Assembly: GCA_951406725.2 (NCBI GenBank)
Contig: OX597817.1
Span: 29,698,001-29,762,000 of the forward strand
Direction of reading: 5' to 3'
Length of the DNA: 64,000 bases
From: Octopus vulgaris
Lineage: Eukaryota
In this document: positions 1-13,259 of the stretch, one piece after another
Layout: the number at the start of each line of letters is the position of its first letter
Position numbering within the stretch: the stretch's first letter is position 1
Translations under genes and position numbers: made by a program
The notes under the pieces: generated by a model
Databases searched by the model: none
The model's input: the letters and a program-made list of their open reading frames with translations, nothing else
What the model was told of the DNA's origin: nothing

Positions 1-296
1 TCTGTTATTTTATTTTTGATTTCCTATATAAATGAAGATATATCCTTTGTTTTACTGCTTTTCTTTCCGCGAAATGAGAAGATGCATGGCGGAACTGTTA
101 TTTTAACGAGTTATATCTATTTATTACCTGAAGAGACACACCTGCACCGTCGGATGTTACGTATCCCACCCGCGAAAGAGCGATGCTAGATGTTTCGAGA
201 CAATTGTTATGATTAATAAAAATTCTCCTATCTTTTATCTTCCGTCTTTCCTTACCATGCACATAACGAACACTGTGATATATATATACAGTGATA

Positions 297-349
<53 letters not shown>

Positions 350-442
350 GTATGTATGTATGCTCGATAAACCTCCTTCTTTCCTTCTTTCCTGACGAAT
401 AATACTATAATTGTTCCACATCCTCGCGTTGCTTGTATTAAA

Positions 443-485
<43 letters not shown>

Positions 486-491
486 AAACAT

Positions 492-710
492 ATTTAAAAA
501 AGCAGAATATAACCAAAGCTGTTACTCAGTGTCACGTTCCTGTTCGTCGGACAGTTTTGTTAAAAAAAAATGTCCGACGAACGAGGAACGTGAAACTCTG
601 AGTAACAGCTTTTGTTATATTTCTGATGCTTTTAAATAAAGCATATTACTCTACCCCTGGTATTTGAGTACTCTTTTTTCCACCTTGTTTTCACATTTAT
701 GTACTTACTC
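492..710. mobile_element. Fold-back non-autonomous element, probably Penelope-like (pLTR-derived), between (TA)n arrays
   Basis: Imperfect inverted arms at about 492-553 and 571-637 (aaagctgttactcag..cacgttcc..ttcgtcggaca versus tgtccgacgaacgaggaacgtg..ctgagtaacagcttt). The right arm contains a hammerhead-like core. Confidence 0.65.
571..607 (+). ncRNA. Minimal hammerhead ribozyme-like motif (U4C variant)
   Basis: tgt-CCGACGA-acg(aggaa)cgt-GAAAC-tctga-GTA^aca. Stem I tgt/aca, stem II acg/cgt, stem III actc/gagt, GUA cleavage triplet. Confidence 0.55.
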
Positions 711-1996
711 CGGTATATATATCTATATCTATCTATATATATATATGTATGTGTGTGTGTATGTATGTATGGGTGCATACACACACACACACATACACAC
801 ATATATATATACACACATTAATGGATGCAGCTATATGCGCGCACACACATACACACATACGTATACTCACACACACATATACATACATACATGCATACAT
901 ACATTCATACATACATACTTGACGCATATGAAATATACCATCAGTAACCCGTTTCAGCATGAAATTTTTGCCTACCAGAAGCTTACAAATGATGGAGTTA
1001 TTATGCAAATCATTCACAATGCAAGAAATAGCTGCTCAATTTCCACCTTATGCGCTATCGTCTTCAAAAAGGAAGTTCACATAAGTCTATGAGGTTTTTA
1101 TATATTGATATAAAAAGACAAGCTTTTCCTGGCAGGAATGTCATTGACCATTGGTAACATCTCATCTAGGTGTGTGCTTATTGGTATGCACAGTTTTGCA
1201 ACTAGCGCATAAAAGAAAAATATGTGCATATAGAGTTTTAAGATGAAATCGAATTTCTTTTTTTTAATTGAAGATTACTCTTGTGGATAGACACATAGTC
1301 TTTTTTTTTTTTTTTGTAAAAAAAAAATGTAAGATAAAAAAGAAAATTTGCAGACCAGCAGATTTCTGCACGTACCCATAGTAAAAGATTAGAAGAAACA
1401 TTGACCAAATGTCTATTCAATCTGGGCTAGCCGGGATTATACTACTGTTACCACCACCACCACCGCCGCAGCAGCAGCAGCAGCAGCGGCACCATCACCA
1501 CCACCACTACTACTACTAATACTACTACTACACTTCTAATATATACAAATGCACTTTAGAGAGAAAGGAGCAAGTTGCCCACAGAAAAAATATTAGATTT
1601 TTTTTTTAAGAAAAACGAAAAAGATATGTAACGTTAATTTGTAGCAGGTATGGAACTATTATCAATTTAATAAGATTGAGGCCTTATATCTAAACATGTG
1701 GAGCACGTCACTAGATTCTGCAAAGCATAACATGACACCTATAAAGGCTTTATTAGTGCTCTAAAGGGGCTGCTAAAAACCTTTAAATATATAGGGAAAA
1801 TTTCTACAAACAATACTCTTAGCTTAACTAAACTTATTTTATATTCTACTTTGACTTCCCCGTTGATACAATTCAACCGGTTGGTAAATGGATAACCCAC
1901 CCTGAGTATTTTCGAATTCCTATGAATTACACCGTTTTTTGTTCTCTATTTACCTTGTACATTCCACTGTAGATTGTCCATTCTGCCATAGTTTTA

Positions 1997-2562
1997 TTGG
2001 GTTGTTCGGAAAGTTCATGCCGATTTATAGTAGCTTACATTTCGACTTATTTTAGAACATGGTTGAGTCCATAAAATAGGATTTGACTACACCTCCGGTT
2101 ACGGCACAGTTTAAGCTATCTTTTCGTGGATGAAAGCTTATGTTCCTATAACCTGTGTTAATTCTGTAACCCTTAAAAATTGAAGATAAGAAAGTTCACT
2201 TTCGGCACTTGATTCTTTGGGAACCAGACAAAAATGGCTGCAGCTCGGCTGGGATGTGTTACCCTACCCTCCATATTCACCAGATATTACTCCTTTGGAT
2301 TTCTACTTATTCAGGTCTCTGCAGAATAGTCTTAATGGTAAAAATTTCAATTCCTTGGATGACATAAAAAGATACCTTGATGAATTATTTGCCCTGAAAC
2401 CACCTCAATTCTGGGAAGAGGGTATTTTCAAGTTAAAGGAAAGATGGAGACGCATTGTGCAACAAAATGGTTCATATTAGGTTGATTAAAAATGTAATGG
2501 CAAGTATTTATTGGCCTTTTTCTTTCCTTTAAAAATCGGCATGAACTTTCTGGACAACCCAA
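1997..2562 (+). mobile_element. Internally deleted mariner transposon (566 bp)
   Basis: 30-bp TIRs (ttgggttgttcggaaagttcatgccgattt and aaatcggcatgaactttctggacaacccaa, 2 mismatches) with TA on both sides. The N-terminal codons (EDKKVHFRHLILW) are joined to the transposase C-terminus (LGWDVLPYPPYSPDITPLDFYLFRSLQN...RWRRIVQQNGSY, ORF 2217-2480). Confidence 0.95.
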
Positions 2563-3563
2563 TACATAGTTTGATTCTTTACATAGATAACCTATTCTCT
2601 TGAAGGTGACAGCTTTTTCGTGGCGGCGTATTTCTACATGACTTAACGTTTTTTTTTTTAAATTTTTTCTCGTGTATAGCTTGTATCGTTTTATTGAGGT
2701 TCACTTTCCATTGTGGATCAATCGTTATTACATATTTTTTCTCTGCGTTTTGCTCACTCTTACATGCCTTTATATCAAATACTTCCCCTCCATATAAACA
2801 CATACAAAAATGAAAAAAAAAAAAAAAAATTGCTTCTTACATTATTTTATTTATCAGTAAAATGTAATCATTGTTCTACTCTTTAATTAAATTTTACTTC
2901 AAGACTAGTTTTGCATGTAAGAAATTAAGTTTAAAGAATAAAGCAAAAAGAAAACGTAATTTCAATAAGATTAAAAATCGTGATTTTTGATATTGTCTTT
3001 TTTTTTCCTTAACTTATCAGAATCGTAAGAACCTAGGTTGCCATGGAATTGTGAGCTACATCCGCGCCTTACTCTTACAGGAAGATACAACAAAACATTT
3101 CACTTATATTATTATTTCATGGTGTGAAATTATATTTGATTTCAAGAAAATGGTATATCTTGTTAATCTAATCCACTAATCGTAGTGCAAATTAAATTTC
3201 TTGCGACAGTTACTGTCAGTTTCCAGTATCCACCTGATCTAATGCAGAAATTTTAGAGTTGATGGCAGTGATAACAAAAGTGTGTTGAGAACCAAATAAA
3301 GAAGCAGAATGGTTCCATTGTATTTGTTATTAACACTTTGATTTAAAAAATAATTTCCATGACATAGGCAATAGAATCAGTTCTCATGATCTTCTTCAGA
3401 ACCTCTCAAAATGTTGAAAAGAAGTTATATTGAAACTTTGATCTGATCTTGCTAGAGTGCGGATCAGTCAGATGAAGTCGCTGCACTCCAGCTACCGATG
3501 GTATTAAAACTGACAACGGATTTAGTCTAAGAAAAAAAAAAATTCTATAAAAACATACACATA

Positions 3564-3720
3564 CAGGAGTGGCTGTGTGGTAAGTAGCTTGTTTACCAAC
3601 CATGGTTCCGGGTTCAATCCCACTGTGTGGCACCTTGGGCAAGTGACTTCCACTATAGCCTCGGGCCGACTAAAGCCTTGTGAGTGGATTTCGTAGACGG
3701 AAACTGAAAGAAGTCCGTCG

Positions 3721-3774
<54 letters not shown>

Positions 3775-4008
3775 CGTGTGTGTGTGTGTGTCTGTGTGTT
3801 TATGCTTGTCCACCCAACATCGCTTAACAACCGATGCTGGTGTGTTTACGTCCCCGTAACTTAGCGGTTCTACAAAATTTCCGCAAAAAGAGAACGATAG
3901 AATAAGTGCTAGGCTTACAAAGAATAAGTCCTTGGGTCGATTTGCTCGACTAAAGGCGGTGCTCCAGCATGGTCGCAGTCAAATGACTGAAACAAGTAAG
4001 AGAGTAAA
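3564..4008 (+). mobile_element. tRNA-derived SINE family A with internal (TA)n(TG)n
   Basis: Box A-like tggctgtgtgg, box B-like ggttcaatccc, ccttgggcaagtg segment, internal microsatellite, tail ggtgctccagcatgg..cagtcaaatgactgaaacaag. Many near-identical copies in the window. Confidence 0.9.
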
Positions 4009-4207
4009 GCACTTGCATACATACACATAAGTTTAATTACATGCGTATATACGGTGTAAGTGCGTATATATTTGTGCATATGTATACAGTTTTTCATTCA
4101 ATTATATTATATTTTACAAACCACTCTCTTTAAGTTCATCTTTTAATGAAACATTTTTCAGATTACCTTAGTACTTTATCTTAAAATTTGAACATTAATT
4201 TTACTTA

Positions 4208-4648
4208 GGCGTAGAAATGGCTGTGTGGTAAGTAGCTTGCTTACGAACCACATGGTTCAGGTTCGGTCCCACTGCATGGCACTTTGGGCAAGTGTCTTCT
4301 ACTATACCCTCGGGCCGACCAAAGCCTTGTGAGTGGATTTGGGAGACGGAAACTGAAAGAAGCCCGTCGTATATATGTATATATATGCATATGTGTGTAT
4401 ATGCTTGTGTGCCTATGTTTGTCCCCACCAACATCGCATAATAAGTTACGACGACGTAAACACACCAGCATCGGTGTGTTTACGTCGTCGTAACTTAGAA
4501 GTTCCGCAAAAAGAGACCGATAGAATAAGTACTAGGCTTACAAAGAATAAGTCCTGGGGTCGATTTGTTCGACTAAAGGCGGCGCTCCAGCATGGCCACA
4601 GTCAAATGACTGAAACAAGTAAAAGAGTAAAAAGAGAGAGAGAGAGAG
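4208..4648 (+). mobile_element. SINE family A copy containing a perfect internal palindrome
   Basis: Same head, body and tail as 3564-4008, with an inverted duplication at 4442-4497. Confidence 0.9.
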
Positions 4649-5310
4649 TTCAGTTGTAGTTTGAAACAATAATATTCTTAATCTATCAGCGTTGTAAATA
4701 AATTTAGAAAATTATTGTTTGAAACTGCAATTGATCTTAGTGTTTCAAATTTAAAATAAAGGTCTAAGACAATAATATGAAAAACAGAACTCAACATAGA
4801 AATGAAATATTAGCACTAGGCATACATCTGGCGCGTTTTGCAATTGGTAACAAAAGAGTAGGTGAACTGAATTATAACGGAGATAAGTTTCGTCACTGGA
4901 ATTCAAATTCCTTAAAAATTAACCCCTGATATTCATTATGTTTTCTGTAACTCTGTGTTGATCTTTGGTTTGTGCTTTAATATTAATAAAGCTTTCAAAC
5001 GACATCGTTTTTTTACTTTCTTTTTGTGAATTTCTATGCAGAATAGTAGAGCTATCGATTATTTTTGTCATCTGATTTTGTTCCGTGAACTGTTTTATAA
5101 TGTTTTGTAATGTTCTGTAATGGTTTCTTGCTGTAAATGCTTGATCAACCGACGTGAAAGTGTCGTACTTGTGTGTCCAATGTAACAGTTTCAGTCATTA
5201 AGTTCACACCTTTCATGTTTACATCGAGATTTGTGCATTACATTCGTTGTCTGAAGTATGCTCTGTGACTTGTAATTTTGCAGTATAACATTGGTTTGAA
5301 GGTCGCGCGC

Positions 5311-5312
5311 GA

Positions 5313-5392
<80 letters not shown>

Positions 5393-5397
5393 ATATT

Positions 5398-5474
<77 letters not shown>

Positions 5475-5569
5475 GTGTATATATACACATATATATATAT
5501 GTATGTATGTATATGTATATGTATGTATGTATATGTGTGTGTGCCTGTGTGTGCATGTGTGTATATATA

Positions 5570-5601
<32 letters not shown>

Positions 5602-5814
5602 CATGCATGTATATATATAGAGAGAGAGAAAGGGAGAGGTGAGAGGAAGGGAGAGAGAGGGAGAGATAAACATATATATACACATATATATAAGCATACA
5701 TACAATGTGCACAGTATGCAAACATTTATCTACGTAACAATTTACTTGTGTGAGTATATATACATATATATATATATAAATGTGTATCCTTATGTGAATG
5801 TACGTATATGTATG

Positions 5815-5894
<80 letters not shown>

Positions 5895-6110
5895 TGGATG
5901 CATGCATGCATGTAAGTCATGAAGACTGTTTAAAGACATGCAAAACTTGTGAAAAATTAAGCAATTATATTACATGTATGTAATATATAAGTATAGATAT
6001 AAATATAATAATACATATATATACATTATATATAAGTTCATATATATGATTATACATATGTGTACATATATATATGTATGTGTGCGTATATATGTGTGTA
6101 TGTGTGAGTG
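5311..6110. repeat. Compound (TA)n/(TG)n/(TATG)n microsatellite field
   Basis: Long dinucleotide and tetranucleotide runs; source of the YIYI/VCVC ORFs. Confidence 0.95.
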
Positions 6111-6414
6111 TGTGTGAGTGTGTGTACGTTTGAATGTAAGCATTTGACTATACATGTACATGCATATAAATATGTACGTACAGCTAAATACACATATATC
6201 TTTATGAGCAAATATATAGTACTTCAACGTGGAAAAGAAGACAGCAGTGATAAAATAATGTTTCTTGCTTTTATATTCAGAAATCATTCCTGCTAATTAT
6301 TTTTGATTCCAATATTTGACTGACTGCAATAGATGGAACGAGGAAAATATTAGAGAACATGTAGAGTATATGTGTATATCAGAGGACACGTACACAAATA
6401 AATGAAAATAGATA

Positions 6415-6548
6415 GGCGCAGAAGTGGTTCCGGGTTCAGTCCCACTGCGTGGCACCTTGGGCAAGTGTCTTCTACTATAGCCTCGGGTCGACTAAAGCCG
6501 TGTGAGTGGATTGGCAGACGGAAACTGAAAGAAGCCCGTCGTATATAT

Positions 6549-6638
<90 letters not shown>

Positions 6639-6853
6639 GTGTGTGCTTATGTTTGTGTGTCTGTGTTTGTCTCCCCACCATCGCTTGACAATCGATGGTG
6701 GTGTGTTTACCTCCCAGTAACTTAGCGGTTCGGCCAAAGAGAACGATAGAATAAGTACTAGGCTTACAAAGAATAAGTCTTGGGGTCGATTTGCTCGACT
6801 AAAGGCGTTGCACCAGCATGGCCACAGTCAAATGATTGAAACAAGTAAAAGAG
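6415..6853 (+). mobile_element. SINE family A (small deletion in the tRNA head)
   Basis: ggcgcagaagtgg joined to ttccgggttcagtccc, internal (CA)n(TA)n, standard tail. Confidence 0.9.
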
Positions 6854-6999
6854 GCATAGAAACGGTTCTATATGAATAAAATAAATACTTATGAGTACAA
6901 ATAATAATTTTCAATATATGCAAATATAGGTGGAGCAATGTTTTCAAAAACTGATATTACATTTTAAATCCTATTTACATCTGCTTCACTTTTACTTTA

Positions 7000-8660
7000 C
7001 AATCCCTAAGTCTCTGCTACCATCACATATGCATACACCTGATCACTCTTATCCTCATTAAAACTCGGTATTCAAGCCACATCGTCTCCCTTAACTACAG
7101 TCTGCAACAGAATCTTTTCTCAAATGATATTCTTCTTCCCTTTAATCCTACCTTATGTCACACCTCTGCTAGCTCGCCCTTGCTCACTCAGTACTCCCGA
7201 CCTCTCTTACTCTCCACCTTTCACTCCATTCAATTCCGATTCAACAGATTGAAGTGAACTATCCACCATACTCCCAGTTTTTTCTACCTACTTCCCATAA
7301 CTCTCCTAAACCATGATCTATTTCATCGACCATCTCAATCACCATCACCCATTTCAGTTCCTCTCCCATACTAAAAAACTGAAACTCCCCACACTTCACC
7401 TTCTCCAACACCTCACCTTCAAGTACTTCTTGGACCTTCGTGCAATTCTTTGAGCTTAGCACCTTGCCACTCCTCCGCTTTTCTTACTTTGTTCTTATAT
7501 TGAATCGTTTATCTTCATACGGGTAAGTTTATCAGTAGGACACTGGGGTGGCTAAGAGGACAAGGGTTTGTCCTAGGTGTGCTAAATACTTTGCTGCATG
7601 TGCTGATATTCAAATCGTCCAGGTGCTTGGTTCCTCTCAAGAACTGCATAGTAGGCATGTAGATGGTTGCATCGATGCCATTTCTCTCACTTATTCTCAG
7701 CTCACAACCTTTATCAATTTCATTAATTCTTTTAACATAGCCCTTGAATTCAATTCCATCACCATCTCCTCCCCCAAAATGTCCTTGACATCTCTGTCAC
7801 AATTGACTGGCAAAATCTCTTCTTATCCAGAACACCCAATAATCTTCCATCTCCACAATACAGTTCCTATTGATTTACCACCATGATTGTGATTATGAAA
7901 CCATGTTTCATCTGATGGCCCATCAGTTCGTGCATCAGGGCTATTCCCAGACTAGTGAAAAGTATTGCCCACATCCGCTGCCGTAGTGTTGACTGCATCT
8001 TCACGCTCACATCCGCATTTACCTTGCCCTACATCATATGTTCTTCCTCCTCCTCTCTTGTAACTTTAATGCCTAACATTTTCAATAATCCATCGTGCAC
8101 ACTTTCCGTCTCTTTCATTCAGACTCTGCCACATTCCCATATTCTATGAAAATTTAATCCCCTTCTTTAAACGAAGCCTTAATTTGCGCAACAGTTTAGC
8201 CTGTAGCTCTACTACACCTCCACATCGGATCTTCCCCTCTCTGCTCCTAAGCTTGGTCTAAAATATGCTATTACGTCCACAATATTACTGCCCTTCTTGA
8301 ATTTAATTAACATCCTTTCCTTATCACTGACAGTTTCATTTGTACCACGGGAAATGTCATTTAAGACCTTAAATGTGTTTGTTTTTTGGTCTCATATAAT
8401 GCAGAAATCGACTAGCGTATCATATCACTGAACACCTACATGACATCCTGTCAAACAACACATCATCTGTTCAAGTCACACTGTTCTATCCACACTATTT
8501 CCCATATCTCGAACAACAGAATTATCTTTCCTCATGGATTGTTCTCTCATTGTTCTCACAATGAATATCACCACATAGTTCATCTCGGTTGTCCTTCCAG
8601 TCGAGCAGGAAGATCATGGTCATTTTTAACCTCCTCTACTCCATTTTGCTCTCCTACACT
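7000..8660 (+). pseudogene. Decayed Penelope-like element (RT plus GIY-YIG relic)
   Basis: GVAKRTRVCPRCAKYF resembles GVAMGTKMGPSYANLF; RHVDGCIDA resembles RYIDDCIGA; ITDSFICTTGNVI*...ITEHLHDI resembles the PLE GIY-YIG region. Many stops and frameshifts; boundaries approximate. Confidence 0.65.
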
Positions 8661-8820
8661 TCAAGCTACCCTGTCAAACAAACATATGCAGCTCACAAAC
8701 TATATAAACCATCTTATATACTTTATTTATTCACATAGACTGAACTTACAGCGCATATCCACTGGCATTCAGACGTAACTACATACTCCCTGGGCACATA
8801 TGCACACAGTTGCCTTACAC

Positions 8821-8932
8821 CAGGGGTGGGCAAACTTTTTTGATCGCGGGCCGCACAGTGCGTCTTTGGAACCTTGGCGGGCCTCATTTATAAAAATCAA
8901 GTGGCCCGCGGGCCGTAGTTTGCCCACCCCTG
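8821..8932. mobile_element. hAT (Buster/Charlie-type) MITE, 112 bp
   Basis: TIRs caggggtgggcaaact and agtttgcccacccctg. Perfect 8-bp TSD ccttacac (8813-8820 and 8933-8940) with central TA. Confidence 0.95.
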
Positions 8933-9488
8933 CCTTACACCTACAAACACATTTGAACAAGCTATCTCTATATATATTTCACAACACACGTATACCCTGC
9001 ACACAACTGCCTCTCATTTACTCCACGCTAATCATATTTATCCATAATAATGCACAGACATTACACATGTGCACATATACAAAAATTAAAGTGCACTTTC
9101 GATTGTATGTATGCATGTGTGTTTGTACGTGTGTATGTATATATTTATATACAGGTAACTTTGCATTATTAACTGGATCGATGCATCGTATTGCAAGAGT
9201 GATTGTTGCACACATAGACACACCAACTTAAAATTCCTTGACACGTATTAAATGAAATTCGCCATCTAGATTGCACATCTAACAACACTTTACGACAATA
9301 AACACCCGATATTTAAAGCACACCTTCTTTCTTCCTTTCCCTTCTCTCTCTCCCTCTCTCTCTCGCTTGTTCTCTCCCTCCAGTCTTATTTTTTTAGCAT
9401 GTCTTTCTCACTTTCTTTCCTTTCCTCTCTTCAATTATTCTCTTTATTTCTTGCTCTTTCTCATCTTTCCTTTCTTGTTCTATTTGTT

Positions 9489-9538
<50 letters not shown>

Positions 9539-9988
9539 CTCTCTCACGTAATTCCTCTCTTCCACCTTTCATTGTGACCTAGACTGTGACTCCACTTCCG
9601 GTCTTGCTATCCCACTCCCCAACTGACTTTTTGTGCAGGGTATGCAATGTAAACTGACGTTGCAATTTTCGCCTTGTTCCAAAATTAGAAAAAAAAGTAT
9701 TTCTACTCATTTTCATTCACGTTTCGCTTGTGTGAATTCATTTCCTATTTGTTTTCTCCTTGCTTTGCAATCCGAATGTATGTATTTGTGTATATTGAAG
9801 AAACTAAAAGGTTAAACTCTCACTATATATGTACATGCTAGCTGATTTCGTAAAAGAACACAAAACAAAACAAAAAAGAAGCAAGCACCACTGACTCGTA
9901 CAAAGAGGAAAGTAATAAAGATTCATCTAGTATATGACAAAGCTTTCATATTCTTGCATTGAGCATTCATTTTTTATAAAGATCGTTG

Positions 9989-10380
9989 GGCGTAGGAGTG
10001 GCTGTGTGGTAAGTAGCTTGCTTACCAACCACATAGTTCTGGGTTCAGTCCCACTGAGTGGCACATTGCGCAACTGACTTCTACTATAGCCTTCGGCCGA
10101 CCAAAGCCTTATGAGTGGATTTGATAGATGGAAACTTAAAGGAGTCTGTCGTATATATATATATATATGTGTGTGTGTCCGTATTTGTCCCCCCCAACAT
10201 CGCTTGGAAACCGGTGCTGGTGTGTTTACGTCCCCGTAACTTAGCGGTTCAGCAAAAGATCGGTAGAATAAGTACTGGGCTTACAAAGAATAAGTCTTGG
10301 GGTCGATTTGTTCGACTAAATGCGGCGCTCCAGCATGGCCACAGTCAAATGACTGAAACAAGTAAAAGAGTAAAAGAGAG
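9989..10380 (+). mobile_element. SINE family A
   Basis: Complete head ggcgtaggagtggctgtgtgg, short internal microsatellite, standard tail. Confidence 0.9.
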
Positions 10381-10447
10381 TAGAACTATTGCTAGTATAA
10401 ATTTTTAACTCATTTTATGCGCACACACACACACACACACACATTTC

Positions 10448-10774
10448 CGTAACTGGTACTTATTTAATCGACCCCGAAAGGTTGAAAGGCAAAGTCGACC
10501 TCGGCGGAATTTGAACTCAGAACGTAGCCGCAGACGAAATACCAATTTCTTTACTACCCACAAGGGGCTAAACACAGAGAGAACAAACAAGGACAGACAA
10601 ACGGATTAAGTCGATTATATCGACCCCAGTGCGTAACTGGTACTTAATTTATCGACCCCGAAAGGATGAAAGGCAAAGTCGACCTCGGCGGAATTTGAAC
10701 TCAGAACGTAACGGCAGACGAAATACGGCTACGCATTTCGCCTGGCGTGCTAACGTTTCTGCCAGCCCGCCGCC
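10448..10774 (-). mobile_element. SINE family B (head plus about 1.5 tandem body units)
   Basis: Reverse complement of ggcggcg..ctggcagaaacgttagcacgcc..gagttcaaattccgccgaggtcgactttgcctttcatcctttcggggtcgat. Confidence 0.9.
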
Positions 10775-12022
10775 TTGCAAGCTACTTACCACAGAGCCAC
10801 TCCTGCACCTATGTTATTAGATTAAAAAAAAAACATGCATTTTTACCAATGTTTTTTTTTTTATCTAATAACAGCATCAAATGAAGGTATCCACTAAACT
10901 GGTTTCTTGTGTTACATTCCTTAAACATATAATTGTATACACCTCACGAAGTGGTCGCAATCTGAAGTCTAAAGTTCTATTCAAGTCTTGGCTGTATCTC
11001 TATCTTTATCTTCTGATTTCTATGATGATAATTATGTTGATGATGAGGAATATAACGTTACATTAAATCTCTCATGTTTTCGCTTACAATGTTTCAGCTC
11101 ATCTCCCTAAATCTGACAGCAATATTTTCCCGAAGAATGGAAGATATATAATTATTTCATATCAAATTAAAATCTACCACAACAACCACCAGCGCCACCA
11201 CCACCACCACCGCTGCCACTACCAATAGTAATACACGATAGAAAGCTTAATCTTCGAATTGGAAAGTAAAATATGAATTTCCTATTACTTAAAGCAGCTG
11301 TCTGATATAGATATTAGAACATGATAGTAGACGTTAAAATTAAGGTCAGAAGAAGAAAAATAGGCGAGCAATTAAGGTTACCATCTACAGACAAGATCTT
11401 CTTTGGGGAAGTATTGAAGGATGGAAAAAATTGATATTTGGTGTCATATTTCTTTTATGTGCTGTCGGAGGAATATACTTTCAGGAAGTGTTTGTTACAA
11501 AGCTGATAAAATGCTTTAACATAAAATTTACATAAACAAAAGGAAATTGAATTCTTCATAACAGACGCGATTGCAATTTTTATAAGAATATTTGGCAAAT
11601 AAATTGTTTGAAACACAGAAAACAGATAGATAACTAGATAAATACAGTAATTTGGTACTACGTGGAAAATTCACTAGTGATGTAAGGTAAAATTATAAGT
11701 ATGTGCGCGCGTGTTTTTTTTTTATATATATGAATATATCTTAATCTTTTCTTGTAAAAACCACGCGATTCCTCTTTCTAATTTGACCAGAAAAAGATCA
11801 GTTTCATTACTTTTGACATTATATTCATGGTTGGCTATACATTTTTCGCAATATAACTAGAATAGTAGCCCATAGTTATTTATAGTATACACAGATCGGG
11901 ATAGAACTGAACTCGTATGCCACAATTTGTGCATATTATTAATTCTTTCTCTCTCAATCTATCTATCTATCTATATACATACATACATACATACATATAT
12001 GTGTGTGTGTGTGTGTGTGTGT

Positions 12023-12324
12023 GAGGCGCAATGGCCCAGTGGTTAGTGCAGCGGACACGCGATCGCAGGATCGCAGTTTCGATTCCCAGACCGGGCGTTG
12101 TGAATGTTTATTGAGCGAAAACACCTAAAAGCTCTCCGAGGCTCGGACTAGGGGTGGTGGCGATCCCTGCTGTACTCTTTCGCCGCAACTTTCTCTCACT
12201 CTTTCTTCTGTTGGCCTGCTCGCTTAGCCAGCGGGATGGCGTCATTTCAAGGCTAAAACAATGCGAAGCGCATTGTGGCCAGCGCTGTGTAGCAACATCT
12301 GATAGTCTAGTCGGTCACGTGATA
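12023..12324 (+). mobile_element. tRNA-derived SINE family C, tail variant 1
   Basis: Box A tggcccagtgg and box B gtttcgattccc. The 5' ~180 bp is shared with 29693-30062; inserted between (TG)n and (TA)n. Confidence 0.85.
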
Positions 12325-12347
12325 TATATATATATATATATATGCAC

Positions 12348-12983
12348 GGATCTTTTCTGTTTGCTTGCCACTTTTCAATTTCTTCAATTTTTTCCCCCAA
12401 TTGATCTCACATCTGGAGTAACTTTAGCCAGTTGAAAGACATAGACATATAGGTGTCTGCTTCGATAGTAACAAGCCGAGCTGTTGTGTAACTTGCTTAC
12501 CCGTCTTTTGCTGTCCTGCCCAGCCACGTGTTTGCGTTGTGTTTACAAACTGATACTTTACACTGTTTTCCTGTGACACACTTGAGGAATCGATACTGGA
12601 GTCGATTCTTCCAGGATATAAATGTGCTTATTCTTTTTTCCCAAGTAGGTGCATATTGAATACTTAAAACTACAAAATGTGTTGTTTACTCGTTTTTTGG
12701 CCATTTTTAGCTTATTAAATGTTTAAAACACGTGCAATATTGACATTATTGTTTGTCCTCTTACGATTGCAGTCACGCACAAAATGAAAGCTTCCAAATC
12801 TTGTTTTCTGACTGGGTAAAAATTATCAAAATTTAAAACTCTGTGACTATATTTATAAACTTTTCCGAAACAAGTGAATTATCTCCCGAGATTCAGCGTG
12901 AAAATTTACATCAATACACCAAACTTGAAAATTTTTACTTAATTTTAAAATTTCAAAAGATGCAGCCAAACAGAAAAAGACCC
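12348..12983. mobile_element. Non-autonomous TIR DNA element, superfamily unassigned
   Basis: Termini ggatcttttctgtttg and caaacagaaaaagacc. Internal 12656-12830 is related to 56205-56375. No clear TSD. Confidence 0.65.
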
Positions 12984-12994
12984 CAAATGTGACC

Positions 12995-13187
12995 TCGTGT
13001 GTACTGTTGGCGATTTTTTTCCCTCTGTCTTCCCTTCTCTGGATCTTTCCTTCTCCAATGTTTCCGACGAAGAGCTCGAAACGTTAAACCCTCCTTTTTT
13101 CCTTCTTTCCTGAGCGTCCAATAATACTATATTTGTTCCACGTCCTCGCGTTGTTGTGTTTTTTTGTGCTTTCTTGTTTGGATTAAC

Positions 13188-13190
<3 letters not shown>
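12995..13190 (+). mobile_element. Short PLE-derived element with hammerhead-like motif at 13060-13089
   Basis: gttt-CCGACGA-agagctc-GAAAC-GTT^aaac. The 3' part matches 362-432; ends in (TA)n. Confidence 0.6.
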
Positions 13191-13234
<44 letters not shown>

Positions 13235-13259
13235 TGCTAGACATAGAAAATCGTATCAG

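Noticed and set aside
5191-5983. Long overlapping ORFs of up to 238 aa (similar ones at 34752-35159, 38208-38811, 41426-42059 and 57247-57658)
   Set aside because: They are translations of stop-free microsatellites (YI, TH, MYVC, YLSI repeats), not genes.
9989-10065. tRNA-like sequences (also at 12023, 16035, 30000-30062 and 63612)
   Set aside because: They have box A and box B but no convincing cloverleaf, and they run straight into SINE bodies, so they are SINE heads.
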